A stretch of 64,000 nucleotides of DNA from contig BDSV01000161.1 in NCBI GenBank assembly GCA_002898075.1, forward strand, positions 8,168 to 72,167, written 5' to 3'. This document shows, in pieces, positions 25,279-33,266 of this stretch. The position numbers were made by a program, and so were the translations under genes. How positions within the stretch are numbered: the first letter of the stretch is position 1; every line of letters starts with the position of its first letter. The notes beneath the pieces were generated by a model. The model saw only the letters and a list, made by a program, of their open reading frames with translations. It was not told the origin of the DNA and searched no databases. The stretch is from a bacterium BMS3Abin03 (GTDB lineage: Bacteria; Bacteroidota; Ignavibacteria; Ignavibacteriales; Ignavibacteriaceae).

Positions 25279-26472
25279 ATGATTGAACAATTGGAAAACA
25301 TAGCAGAAGCAAAGGCAACCAAAATCAAAAGACTCTCATCAATTATTTTCATTGATGATGAAGAAGCAATATTATCTGCCATAAAAAGTTTATTAAGGAA
25401 AGAAAAATTTAACAAGTACTATTTCACATCACCAAAAGAAGCACTAGGTTTTATAAGTGTTCATCATGTAGATTTGATTGTTACCGATTTACTCATGAAG
25501 GAAATGAGCGGTGAACAATTTCTCCGGCTTGCTCAAAGCATCGAGCCGAAAGCTATGAAAATGATATTAAGTGCTTATGAAGAAAAATCTGTTGTGCTGG
25601 AATTATTAAGACGAGGATATGCACAATTCTATTTACTAAAACCATGGGACGATGAAGAATTTGTTAATATTCTTAAAAACTTTATGGAGTTGCATAATGA
25701 GCTTGAACAAAATAATTTAATCACCTATCTAAGCTCGTTATCCGATTTACCCAATCCGTCAACTTTCGATACAGGGTTACTGGATATGTTTTCCGGCGAG
25801 ATAACAATTAATCAAATTGCTCAGCACATCGAAAAATATCCCTTCTTTGTAACGAAACTTATTCAAATTGCAAACTCGGTAAGTTTCGGAACTTATAGAG
25901 CAATTACATCCGTAAGAGATGCAATAATGTTGATGGGGATAGAACCATTAAAAGAGCTACTGCTTTCTTTGAGTATCCTGAATAAGTTTCAAAATTCAGT
26001 AAATAAAGAATGTTCTTTTATGATGAATGATATTTGGGAAAGATCGTTAAAAAGAGGGATCTATGCCAAGAAAATTTCCTTATTATGGGATAAACCTTTT
26101 AATAGGGATATTGTGTTTATTTCATCTCTCGTATCTGATATTGGATTCTTTGTTTGGTTATATACAGAACCGGAAAAGTATAAGGAATTCCTTATAAAAA
26201 TGAAAGCAGATGAAAGAACTTTACAATCGGTAGAAAATGAATATTTTAAATATCCTCATCATAAACTTGGTGCAACATTATTAGAACTATGGAATTTTCC
26301 TTTTGAAGTTGTAAATGTTGTACGAAATCATCATGGGAATAGCGTGGGTAACGAGGTAATTAAAATCGTACAATTATCAGAAGTACTTGAAGGATCTTTT
26401 CCTAACATTCAGCATGATAGTGCTATAGATAACTTAATTCCATATTATAAAGAAAAAGTAAACAATGAATAG
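25279..26472 (+). CDS. response regulator receiver fused to HDOD domain
   Basis: REC (IIFIDDEE...DLIVTDLLM...KMILSAY). HDOD-like region (...VTKLIQIANSVSFG...ITSVRDAIMLMGIEPLKELL...HHKLGATLLELWNFP...VRNHH). Confidence 0.8.
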   Translation: MIEQLENIAEAKATKIKRLSSIIFIDDEEAILSAIKSLLRKEKFNKYYFTSPKEALGFISVHHVDLIVTDLLMKEMSGEQFLRLAQSIEPKAMKMILSAYEEKSVVLELLRRGYAQFYLLKPWDDEEFVNILKNFMELHNELEQNNLITYLSSLSDLPNPSTFDTGLLDMFSGEITINQIAQHIEKYPFFVTKLIQIANSVSFGTYRAITSVRDAIMLMGIEPLKELLLSLSILNKFQNSVNKECSFMMNDIWERSLKRGIYAKKISLLWDKPFNRDIVFISSLVSDIGFFVWLYTEPEKYKEFLIKMKADERTLQSVENEYFKYPHHKLGATLLELWNFPFEVVNVVRNHHGNSVGNEVIKIVQLSEVLEGSFPNIQHDSAIDNLIPYYKEKVNNE

Positions 26473-27694
26473 TTTTGTACCCAATAGAAAGATTTTATAC
26501 GTTGATGACGAGGTAAATTTATTATCATCATTTCGTTCTTTAATGAGAAAGGAAGATGTTGAAACCTATCTCTTACAGGATTCAACAAAGATAAAAGACA
26601 TGCTGGAAAAGAACGGACCGTATGCCGTTGTTCTTTCCGATCAAAGAATGCCCGGATTAACCGGTGCCGAACTTCTTGAAAAAGTTGCTAATATCCATCC
26701 GCAAACATTAAGAGTGCTCGTAACCGGGTATAGCGACTATGAAGAAATGATACAAGCCATAAACAACGGCGGTATAAGCCACTATATTACAAAACCATGG
26801 AAAGATGACGAGCTAAAAAAAATTATTAAAACGATGGCGGATCGTTATAATTTAATATCTGAAAATAAATTCCTTCTTGCAGAATTAAAAGTAAAAAACT
26901 CAAAGCTTAAAGAATTACTTGACGGCACTGTTTTAGAATCGACTCATTTATTGGTCGATGTCTTATCATATATCAATCCACATGCTGCAAGTCAAACAGA
27001 TAGGGTTAAAGCTGCCGGCTTACCTATTCTGGATAAGATTGATAGTATCTCTCACCAGGAGCGGTGGGAAATATCAATAGCATTCGATTTATTTAATTTA
27101 GGTTTCGCTGTTTTGCCAACGTGGGTTCAACTTGCATTGAATAAGGAAGGGTTAGCCGCAGCAAGCAGATTCTCTATATGCAACAATCATCATCTTCTTG
27201 CCGCACAGTTACTCGAGAGAATTCCCGGATTTGAAGGCGCAGCTAAGAGTATTCAACTGTCCAGAAAAGATTTCGATGGTACCGGTTCGCCGGAAAAGAT
27301 ACATGTTAGCGGGAAAGACCTGCCTTTAGGTGCACGATTGTTAAAAATATTTGTCGATCTGGACAGAAGGCAATCGTCCCACTTCAAGGATATTGAAATA
27401 CTTAAAGCAATGGTAAAACAGTCATCGAAATATGATATTGACCTTCTCCATTTAATTATTGAATCGTACATTGCAGCTAAGGAATTAAAGACCAAAGAGT
27501 TAATGGTTTATTCCCAGGATTTGATGCCGGGTATGCTGATATTACAAACAATTCAAACCGTTTCCGGAATTAAGCTTATGAATCCGAATACCGTTCTAAC
27601 TAAAACATCCTTAATGGCAATTAGATCGTGGGAAAAACTTGAGGGTATTAAAGAACCGATTAAAGTTGAAGTAAAGATCGATCCTGCAAAATAA
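26465..27694 (+). CDS. response regulator receiver fused to a degenerate HD-GYP-like domain
   Basis: REC (ILYVDDE...VVLSDQRMPGLTG...YITKPW). The C-terminal domain aligns by eye to HD-GYP, but LHDIGK reads LFNLGF (~27080-27106) and HHERWDGSGYP reads SRKDFDGTGSP (~27266-27292). The IPL.ARI element is retained as LPLGARL. Confidence 0.7.
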   Translation: MNSFVPNRKILYVDDEVNLLSSFRSLMRKEDVETYLLQDSTKIKDMLEKNGPYAVVLSDQRMPGLTGAELLEKVANIHPQTLRVLVTGYSDYEEMIQAINNGGISHYITKPWKDDELKKIIKTMADRYNLISENKFLLAELKVKNSKLKELLDGTVLESTHLLVDVLSYINPHAASQTDRVKAAGLPILDKIDSISHQERWEISIAFDLFNLGFAVLPTWVQLALNKEGLAAASRFSICNNHHLLAAQLLERIPGFEGAAKSIQLSRKDFDGTGSPEKIHVSGKDLPLGARLLKIFVDLDRRQSSHFKDIEILKAMVKQSSKYDIDLLHLIIESYIAAKELKTKELMVYSQDLMPGMLILQTIQTVSGIKLMNPNTVLTKTSLMAIRSWEKLEGIKEPIKVEVKIDPAK

Positions 27695-28135
27695 ATCATA
27701 TTTTTATTAACGGAATTGATGCATATAAATCCTTTCGTTGATATACCTTTTACAAATTGGTTTTCGGATTTTGGTTTTATTATAAACTTACCTTAAATTC
27801 ATAATTTTCACACAGTCTCTAAAAGTCGGTGCAATTAAGTTGACGCACATGCGGTTTATCAGAAGAAATATTTGCAAATAGTGCAAACCTTCAACCTTGA
27901 GATTCTTCTTCGAAGGAGTACTTCGAACACCTCACCCCGTTCCGTTCAGAATGGCAATTTTGCGTAAGGAGAGTTAATACGTTTTTTAATTCTTGTTTCC
28001 ACTGAAATTACTTTTTCGAAGTGGAAGTATATATCCTTTCTATATCAATACTTAATAAAATTCCGCATCTGGTTAATATTCAACACCTGCTAATTAAAAT
28101 TCTAACATTTTGAGTTGCTAATGAGTTTATTTATT

Positions 28136-28151
28136 CGGCATTGATTTTGCG
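28136..28151 (+). promoter_or_regulatory. candidate sigma-54 promoter upstream of the flgB operon
   Basis: CGGCAT-TGATT-TTGCG has the invariant GG (28137-28138) and GC (28149-28150) separated by exactly 10 nt, against the consensus TGGCAC-N5-TTGCW. It lies 78 nt upstream of the ATG at 28229. An NtrC-type activator is encoded nearby. Confidence 0.4.
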
Positions 28152-28228
28152 AAAAGACCTAAAACATTGTTATTAGATGTTTTAAATCAAATAATATTTA
28201 CTGATTAACATAAACTATTTAATATTTT

Positions 28229-28474
28229 ATGGATGAAGATTTTTTAGAACCTATTTATGACGAAATTGCCCCTGTTAGTGCGTCAGCCAGTAATGTATTG
28301 AAATCTTCAGATTTAAAAATAATTGGTAATTCCAAAATATCAATTGATGAAGATAGTCATGATGGCGTGACTATTTTTCTGAAAAAGGATGCTAATGATA
28401 ATATCCATGAAATCAAATTCATTTGTTCGTGCGGAAAAACCAAATCAATAATATTAGATTATTCTGATCAGTAG
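28229..28474 (+). CDS. small hypothetical protein (81 aa) preceding flgB
   Basis: Acidic N-terminus and a C-terminal beta-like segment with a CSCG motif. No family recognised. Lies between the sigma-54-like promoter and flgB. Confidence 0.4.
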   Translation: MDEDFLEPIYDEIAPVSASASNVLKSSDLKIIGNSKISIDEDSHDGVTIFLKKDANDNIHEIKFICSCGKTKSIILDYSDQ

Positions 28475-28579
28475 AAATTTCAGAATGAACTAATATCCTG
28501 ATTATTTTGGCAGGTCTTATGAATGATAGCTACGGTTTATTATTTACTCATTTGAAAATGTTATTTAAAAGAGAATACA

Positions 28580-28969
28580 ATGGCTGCTTCCATTAAACAA
28601 TTAGAAAATTTGATCAGTTACCTAGTTGTAAAAAACAACGTACTAAGTAAGAATATAGCAAATATAGGTACGGAAAATTACAAGAGGGAAGATGTGGTGT
28701 TTAAAGACTTAATGAATGAAAATTTAAATGGGGGATTAAAAACAACAAACCCGAAACACTTTGGCTCTAACAATCCGGCTTCTGTAGGTGGAAAGGATTA
28801 TCAAATGGTTTACGATCCTAATAATGATGCTATCTCAGGAATTAATAATGTTGATATAGATAAAGAAATGTCTGAACTTGCCGAGACAACTCTTCTTTAC
28901 CGTTTCGCTACTCGAAAAGTTGGAGACTATTTTAAAAGTATTCAAAGCGTAATAAGAGGAGGCAGCTAA
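28580..28969 (+). CDS. flgB: flagellar proximal rod protein FlgB
   Basis: 129 aa. NIANIGTENYKRED motif and C-terminal DKEMSELAETTLLYR. Standard flgB-flgC order. Confidence 0.9.
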   Translation: MAASIKQLENLISYLVVKNNVLSKNIANIGTENYKREDVVFKDLMNENLNGGLKTTNPKHFGSNNPASVGGKDYQMVYDPNNDAISGINNVDIDKEMSELAETTLLYRFATRKVGDYFKSIQSVIRGGS

Positions 28970-29466
28970 TGAAAATAGGCGGAAAACTACCGGGGTTTGA
29001 TATAAGTGCGCAGGGGTTAAGCATTCAGCGGGAAAGAATGAATTTAATTGCTGAAAATATTGCGAAAGCAAATACAGTCCGGGATGCCAACGGGCAGCCG
29101 TATCAAAGAAAAATTTTAGTAGTTAAGCAGAAGCAAAATCAATTTATTAATTCAATTGGTGGATATGAAAATACAATAAAGTTAAAGACGACTAATGAAA
29201 ATCATATCTCCAATACAACTAATAATCAAACCGGAAATATTAATCAGGAAAATTTGAAAATAAAAGAGGTAAGAGATAAATCGGAAGGTGAGATTGTTTA
29301 TATGCCCGATCATCCCGATGCTGATGAAAATGGCTATGTACAGATGTCTAATGTGAATACCGTTACGGAAATGGTAGATATGATAGCCGCCACAAGAAGC
29401 TACGAAGCCAATTTAACAGCTTTGAATTCTTCCAAGCAAATGATAAAAGATACATTGGAGATTTAG
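28969..29466 (+). CDS. flgC: flagellar proximal rod protein FlgC
   Basis: 165 aa. GLSIQRERMNLIAENIANANT-like N-terminus and C-terminal VNTVTEMVDMIAATRSYEANL. Confidence 0.92.
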   Translation: MKIGGKLPGFDISAQGLSIQRERMNLIAENIAKANTVRDANGQPYQRKILVVKQKQNQFINSIGGYENTIKLKTTNENHISNTTNNQTGNINQENLKIKEVRDKSEGEIVYMPDHPDADENGYVQMSNVNTVTEMVDMIAATRSYEANLTALNSSKQMIKDTLEI

Positions 29467-29470
29467 AAAT

Positions 29471-29704
29471 ATGAAAATTTCTACAAATGCAATTAATAAT
29501 TATACACTGCAAACCGTTAGCCAGGTAAATAAGCCCGCCGATATTAAGAAACAAGAATTAGGATCATTATCCAGCGATGAAAAAAATTTTTTTGTCGATG
29601 TATATCCTAATTACCAAAATGAAATAATGGATTACCATTATTATAATAAAGAAGGAAAAATGTCGGGTGTTTCCTTAGGTTCTAACATTGATAGGAGAGG
29701 ATAA
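29471..29704 (+). CDS. small hypothetical protein (77 aa) inserted between flgC and fliE
   Basis: Start is 4 nt after the flgC stop. Its stop is 1 nt before the fliE ATG at 29706, a layout consistent with translational coupling. No family recognised. Confidence 0.5.
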   Translation: MKISTNAINNYTLQTVSQVNKPADIKKQELGSLSSDEKNFFVDVYPNYQNEIMDYHYYNKEGKMSGVSLGSNIDRRG

Positions 29705-29705
29705 A

Positions 29706-29996
29706 ATGAAAATTGGTTCAATAAACAGTATTATTAATAATCCTTTGATAAATGATCCTGTTAACAAAACTAAAAGTCCAAAGTTTAATAATATATTAAC
29801 TAATTTTATCGGGGAAGTGAATAAAAGCAGCATGGATGCGGATAAGCTGGTAACCGATTTTATTAACGGTAAAGATGTTCAGTTGCATGAAGTGATGATA
29901 GCGGGAGAAAAAGCCAAAACAAATCTCGAACTCTTGATGGAGATAAGAAATAAAGCAGTAGATATGTATAAAGAACTAACTAGAATGCAAACTTAA
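29706..29996 (+). CDS. fliE: flagellar hook-basal body protein FliE
   Basis: The ORF track starts at 29688. The ATG at 29706 (MKIGS...) is preceded by the AGGAGAGG Shine-Dalgarno and is preferred. The C-terminus DVQLHEVMIAGEKAKTNLELLMEIRNKAVDMYKELTRMQ is FliE-like. Confidence 0.85.
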   Translation: MKIGSINSIINNPLINDPVNKTKSPKFNNILTNFIGEVNKSSMDADKLVTDFINGKDVQLHEVMIAGEKAKTNLELLMEIRNKAVDMYKELTRMQT

Positions 29997-29998
29997 CA

Positions 29999-31627
29999 AT
30001 GAATAATTCCGCTTTTCAACAGATAATTAAAATATTTAACAAATTTACAATTCAGCAAAAGATTATACTTGGCGGTGCTTTCTTAATATCCGTGGTAATC
30101 TTCGGGGTAATGATTTTATTCCTTAACGAACCGAGCTACTCGGTATTATATACTAATCTTTCAGAAACGGACGCATCCAAAGTTGTTAATTACTTAAACA
30201 CGCAAAAAATTTCTTACGAACTCGCCTATAACGGAACAACCATAAAAGTTCCCAAGAATAAGTTGTATGAAATCCGGTTCTCATTGGCTGCAAAAGGAAT
30301 ACCCAACAGCGGTATTTTAGGATATGAAATCTTTGATAAGAACACGATGGGTATGTCGGAATTTATGCAGAAATTAAATTTTAAAAGAGCATTAGAGGGA
30401 GAGCTTTCCAGAACAATTATGCAGCAGGATGGTATTGAAGCTGCAAGAGTATTAATTGTTCTTCCCCAAAAAACTGTATTTAAAGAGGAAGAAGAACCGC
30501 CCAAAGCATCGGTAGTTATAAAATTAGCCGGTGGTTATTCCTTTTCAAAAAGAAACACAACTGCTATTACAAACCTGGTTGCTAATAGCGTGGAAGGACT
30601 TACTCCTCAAAATGTAACTATAATTGATACCAAAGGGAGGTTACTAACAAAAAAAATAGATGACGGGCAAGATGGGATGATAAATTCGAAACAGTACGAG
30701 ATCAAGCAATCTGTAGAAAAATATCTCTCCGGTAAAGTACAATCAATTTTAAACCGGGTAATCGGGTTTGGAAATTCTACTGTTCAGGTTAACGCAGATT
30801 TTAATTTTAATCAGGTTGAAAAGACGATGGAGACTTTCGACCCGGAATCTCAGATTGCAATAAGCGAACAATCCATTAAAAATGAAAATCTCGGTACCAC
30901 TCCCAGTGATTCAACAACCGAATCCAGCCAAACCAGTACTGTAAATTATGAGATAAATAAAACCGTTCAAAAGGTTATTGAAGGATCCGGTAATATTAAG
31001 CGGCTTAGTGTTGCTGTAGTTATAAATGATATCCGAAAGGAAGTTAAAAAGGGTGACGAAACTGAAATAGTTTATGAACCGCGTTCATCCGAACAAATGA
31101 AAAAGCTTGAAAACATAATCAAGAGTTCCATCGGGATTAATTCTGAGAGAGGCGACCAGATTTCATTGGTAAACATACCCTTTGAAACTAAGGATTTAAG
31201 CGGAATTGAATTTGGCGAACCAACTACAACGGGCGATACGAATAAAATTATCAATTTGGTATTGATATTAGTTGCGATAGTATCCTCCATTTTTCTACTA
31301 AAGGGAATAATGAACAAGTTAAAAAATGAAAAACTGATGATTACCGGTGGGAACACAGGAACCGGTGGGAGCACAGAAAGAGAAACTACCCGGACCATAC
31401 ACGCACCGCAATTATCGACTTTTGAAAACAATATCCGTAATAATATCAATTTCAATAGGCAAAGGAATTTTATAATTGAAGGGGATTTGGAAGATGAAAT
31501 TACAGATGAGGCGATGAGGAAGAAAAGTCAACAGGATAAAATAAGTTCTTATGTTTCTAAAAATCCGGAAGATGCTGCAAGATTAATAAATTCATGGTTG
31601 CACGAAGGTGAATTCCAACAACAATAA
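29999..31627 (+). CDS. fliF: flagellar MS-ring protein FliF
   Basis: 542 aa. N-terminal TM, then the YscJ/FliF region (YSVLYTNLSETDASKVVNYLNTQKISY...) and a second TM (IINLVLILVAIVSSIFLL). Confidence 0.92.
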   Translation: MNNSAFQQIIKIFNKFTIQQKIILGGAFLISVVIFGVMILFLNEPSYSVLYTNLSETDASKVVNYLNTQKISYELAYNGTTIKVPKNKLYEIRFSLAAKGIPNSGILGYEIFDKNTMGMSEFMQKLNFKRALEGELSRTIMQQDGIEAARVLIVLPQKTVFKEEEEPPKASVVIKLAGGYSFSKRNTTAITNLVANSVEGLTPQNVTIIDTKGRLLTKKIDDGQDGMINSKQYEIKQSVEKYLSGKVQSILNRVIGFGNSTVQVNADFNFNQVEKTMETFDPESQIAISEQSIKNENLGTTPSDSTTESSQTSTVNYEINKTVQKVIEGSGNIKRLSVAVVINDIRKEVKKGDETEIVYEPRSSEQMKKLENIIKSSIGINSERGDQISLVNIPFETKDLSGIEFGEPTTTGDTNKIINLVLILVAIVSSIFLLKGIMNKLKNEKLMITGGNTGTGGSTERETTRTIHAPQLSTFENNIRNNINFNRQRNFIIEGDLEDEITDEAMRKKSQQDKISSYVSKNPEDAARLINSWLHEGEFQQQ

Positions 31628-32651
31628 TAAAAATAAAAAGAGCAAAATATCCGAGCTAACCGGTCCGCAAAAAGCCGCATTGCTTATGATAGCATTAGAT
31701 GTTGAAACCGCATCACAAGTATTTAAAAATCTTGATACTGATGAGGTAGAAGCTATTTCTACAGAAATATCTAAAGTAAAAAATATACCGGCTAATCAGG
31801 TGCAGAATGTGCTGGAAGAATATTATCATATGGTTACCGCGAGAGAATATGTTTTAGAAGGCGGGCTTGAATATGCCGAGGCAATTCTAGAAAAATCGTT
31901 CGGTTTGAATAAAGCAGTGGAGGTTGTTGAGAAAGTTAAAAATCTAACTACACTCAAGGGTTTTGATGTTTTAAAAAAGGCGGATTCTACTCAGCTTGTA
32001 AATTTTTTAAATAAAGAACATCCTCAAACGATAGCATTAATACTCGCACGTCTTAATCCTAATCAAACCGCAGATGTTCTGAAAGAGCTGCCCGAAGATG
32101 TTCGCTCAGAAGTAGCATATAGAATAGCTACTTTGGGAAAAATTTCTCCGCAAACTCTAAAGCAGGTTGAAAAAGTTGTTGACGAGCTGGCAGGTTTGAG
32201 CATGAGTCAATCGATAAGCAAGGTAGACGGAACAAAAAGTCTGGCAACAATTCTTAACAGAACAAGCATAGCTCTAAGCAAAGAGATACTTGAAAAGATG
32301 GGCGAACTTGACGATGAAATTGCGCAGGAAGTAAAGAAACTAATGTTTTTGTTTGATGATATTATCGGTATTCAGGATAAGGATATTCAAAAGGTTCTGC
32401 GCGAAGTAGAAAGAAAAGACCTTGCAATTGCGTTAAAAACTGCAGATGACGACCTCAAGAATAAAATATTCAGTAATATGTCTGAAAGAGCTGCGGATTT
32501 ATTAAAGGAAGAATTAGAATACATGGGAATGATAAAACTTAAAGAAGTTGAAGCTGCCCAGGCAAGAATAATAAATGTAATTAAATCATTGGAAGAATCT
32601 GGTGAGATTGTTTTAAATGCACGAGGAAATTCAGAGGATGTTTATGTCTGA
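31608..32651 (+). CDS. fliG: flagellar motor switch protein FliG
   Basis: 347 aa. LTGPQKAALLMIAL, EHPQTIALILARL, and the C-terminal torque helix region RAADLLKEELEYMG. Confidence 0.95.
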   Translation: MNSNNNNKNKKSKISELTGPQKAALLMIALDVETASQVFKNLDTDEVEAISTEISKVKNIPANQVQNVLEEYYHMVTAREYVLEGGLEYAEAILEKSFGLNKAVEVVEKVKNLTTLKGFDVLKKADSTQLVNFLNKEHPQTIALILARLNPNQTADVLKELPEDVRSEVAYRIATLGKISPQTLKQVEKVVDELAGLSMSQSISKVDGTKSLATILNRTSIALSKEILEKMGELDDEIAQEVKKLMFLFDDIIGIQDKDIQKVLREVERKDLAIALKTADDDLKNKIFSNMSERAADLLKEELEYMGMIKLKEVEAAQARIINVIKSLEESGEIVLNARGNSEDVYV

Positions 32652-33261
32652 TATTCTTAGACTCAATGGAAATTCAAAAAGACTTAAAATAAAGGTTCAA
32701 AACCCCGGGTTGAATGAATATGATTCGAATAATAAAATTGAGGATAATTATATTCAAACTAATTTGCAGAATTATTACGATAGAGGATATACGGAAGGCA
32801 GAGAAACTGCTAAGGATGAAATAAAGAGAGAATTTGAGAAAAAAATTAATGAGGTAATAGAAAAATTCGGTCCCATCATAGAAAAAATAGAAAACCAGGC
32901 AGCGGGATACGGTAAAATATTTGAGAGCCTGGTTATTAAGCTTTCATTTATGATTGCCGAAAAATTGATTCGATCAGAATTATCTAATAAAAGTATAATT
33001 AAAGAAACATTACAGAATTCGCTGAAGAAAGTAATAGGTTCCAATAATATAATTGTAAAATTGAATCCGGATGACTTAAAAACACTGAATGAAAAATCCA
33101 ACAGAGTTGTACAGCAGGGGGACCTATCACAAATTAAGTTTGAACCGGACGATAGCATCGAGCCGGGCGGATGTTATGTTGAAACTGAAATTGGCAACGT
33201 TGACGCGAGAATTTCGACTCAGCTAGACGAATTGGAAAAACTTCTCAAAGAAACCTTGTAA
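32617..33261 (+). CDS. fliH: flagellar export ATPase regulator FliH
   Basis: 214 aa. Coiled-coil N-terminal part and a C-terminal FliH/YscL-like part (...GGCYVETEIGNVDARISTQLDEL). The true start may be the ATG at 32644, which overlaps the fliG stop. Confidence 0.8.
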   Translation: MHEEIQRMFMSDILRLNGNSKRLKIKVQNPGLNEYDSNNKIEDNYIQTNLQNYYDRGYTEGRETAKDEIKREFEKKINEVIEKFGPIIEKIENQAAGYGKIFESLVIKLSFMIAEKLIRSELSNKSIIKETLQNSLKKVIGSNNIIVKLNPDDLKTLNEKSNRVVQQGDLSQIKFEPDDSIEPGGCYVETEIGNVDARISTQLDELEKLLKETL

Positions 33262-33266
33262 CACGG

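Noticed and set aside
28508-28524. TGGCAG-GTCTT-ATGAA, a sigma-54-like string 56 nt before flgB.
   Set aside because: The position 10 nt after the GG is GA, not the near-invariant GC, and the TTGC box is absent. The element at 28136-28151 fits better.
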